From contig OX597831.1 of the NCBI GenBank assembly GCA_951406725.2, positions 69,316,001 to 69,380,000 of the forward strand: 64,000 nt of DNA. Reading direction: 5' to 3'. Within the stretch, counting starts at the first letter, position 1; every line of letters begins with the position of its first letter. The notes below the pieces were generated by a model, which saw only the letters and a list, made by a program, of their open reading frames with translations, was not told where the DNA came from and did not search any database. Origin of the DNA: Octopus vulgaris (Eukaryota). A program made the translations under genes and the position numbers. Positions 63,390 through 64,000 of this stretch are shown one piece after another.

Positions 63390-64000
63390 TATTTCAAGTG
63401 GTACCTGAAAAAGTTGATGAACGATTGGACAGAGAGGAAAGTGTTTGACTCTACACCTTTTGCATGAGTCCACGACACACACACTTTCACCATAGCCACC
63501 AGTACAATGAAAACTGCCTTGCTTTCCCAGTTAAAGGAAGGTGGTGGAGCAATATTCACGATAAACTCGGCCAATAACTGAACTTGTCCTACACATGAAA
63601 GCAGCCATTCGACATAAGCCTACAGGTCTGAAATGGTTGAACTCTGCATGATTGCATGCAGAATGGTTTCATCGCTCTGACTGCATCTTGGGAAAGTTGG
63701 TCCATTGTTTCTCAAACTGTGCCTCTAGAGCTTATCCCGAATGGGCAATGCTTCCCAGTAGCACTGTCAGGCCAGGGGTCTCTGGTGATTGTCCATAGGT
63801 CCCAACCCGAACGTGGTCCTGGAGAGGTAGGTCAGGTGTTCCCCATCGATGCCCAGATTCTCCCCAAGAACATTGTCACACTTCTCTTCCACTAATCTTC
63901 TATAGAACGTCTTCATGGAATTGAAGTTGCACAATTTTGGTCCCAGACAGCAGAGTTGTTCAAGTGCAAGGCAGCACTCATGGTCTGAACAAGTCTTTGA
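63390..64000 (-). pseudogene. Tx1/L1-clade LINE ORF2 C-terminus (zf-RVT region), runs off window
   Basis: QCYWEALPIRDKL...PRCSQSDETILHAIMQ...IVNIAPPP...FFRYHLK; homologous to 19160-19732. Confidence 0.75.

Overview
AT-rich eukaryotic intronic/intergenic DNA, almost certainly from an octopus (inferred from recognisable octopus SINE families and dense (TA)n/(TACA)n/(ATG)n microsatellites). I find no intact host protein-coding gene; nearly all listed ORFs are translations of microsatellites or SINEs. The window is a transposable-element mosaic: four SINE-like families, decayed LINEs (Tx1/L1, CR1-like, RTE, R4/Dong), a Penelope-like GIY-YIG fragment, hAT and mariner transposase remnants, MITEs, a Helitron and a probable solo LTR. 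The main unexplained signal is a dense set of about ten type I hammerhead-ribozyme folds from several unrelated short non-coding families. Most sit in (TA)n microsatellites and are arranged as direct-repeat-bounded retrozyme-like units or long fold-backs. Also notable: a Tx1-like element lacking EN/RT but keeping both ends inside an (AAT)n array, two SINE-LINE pairs sharing 3' tails, and an 8-bp-TSD MITE carrying TTAGGG repeats. Coordinates were read by eye and may be off by a few bases.
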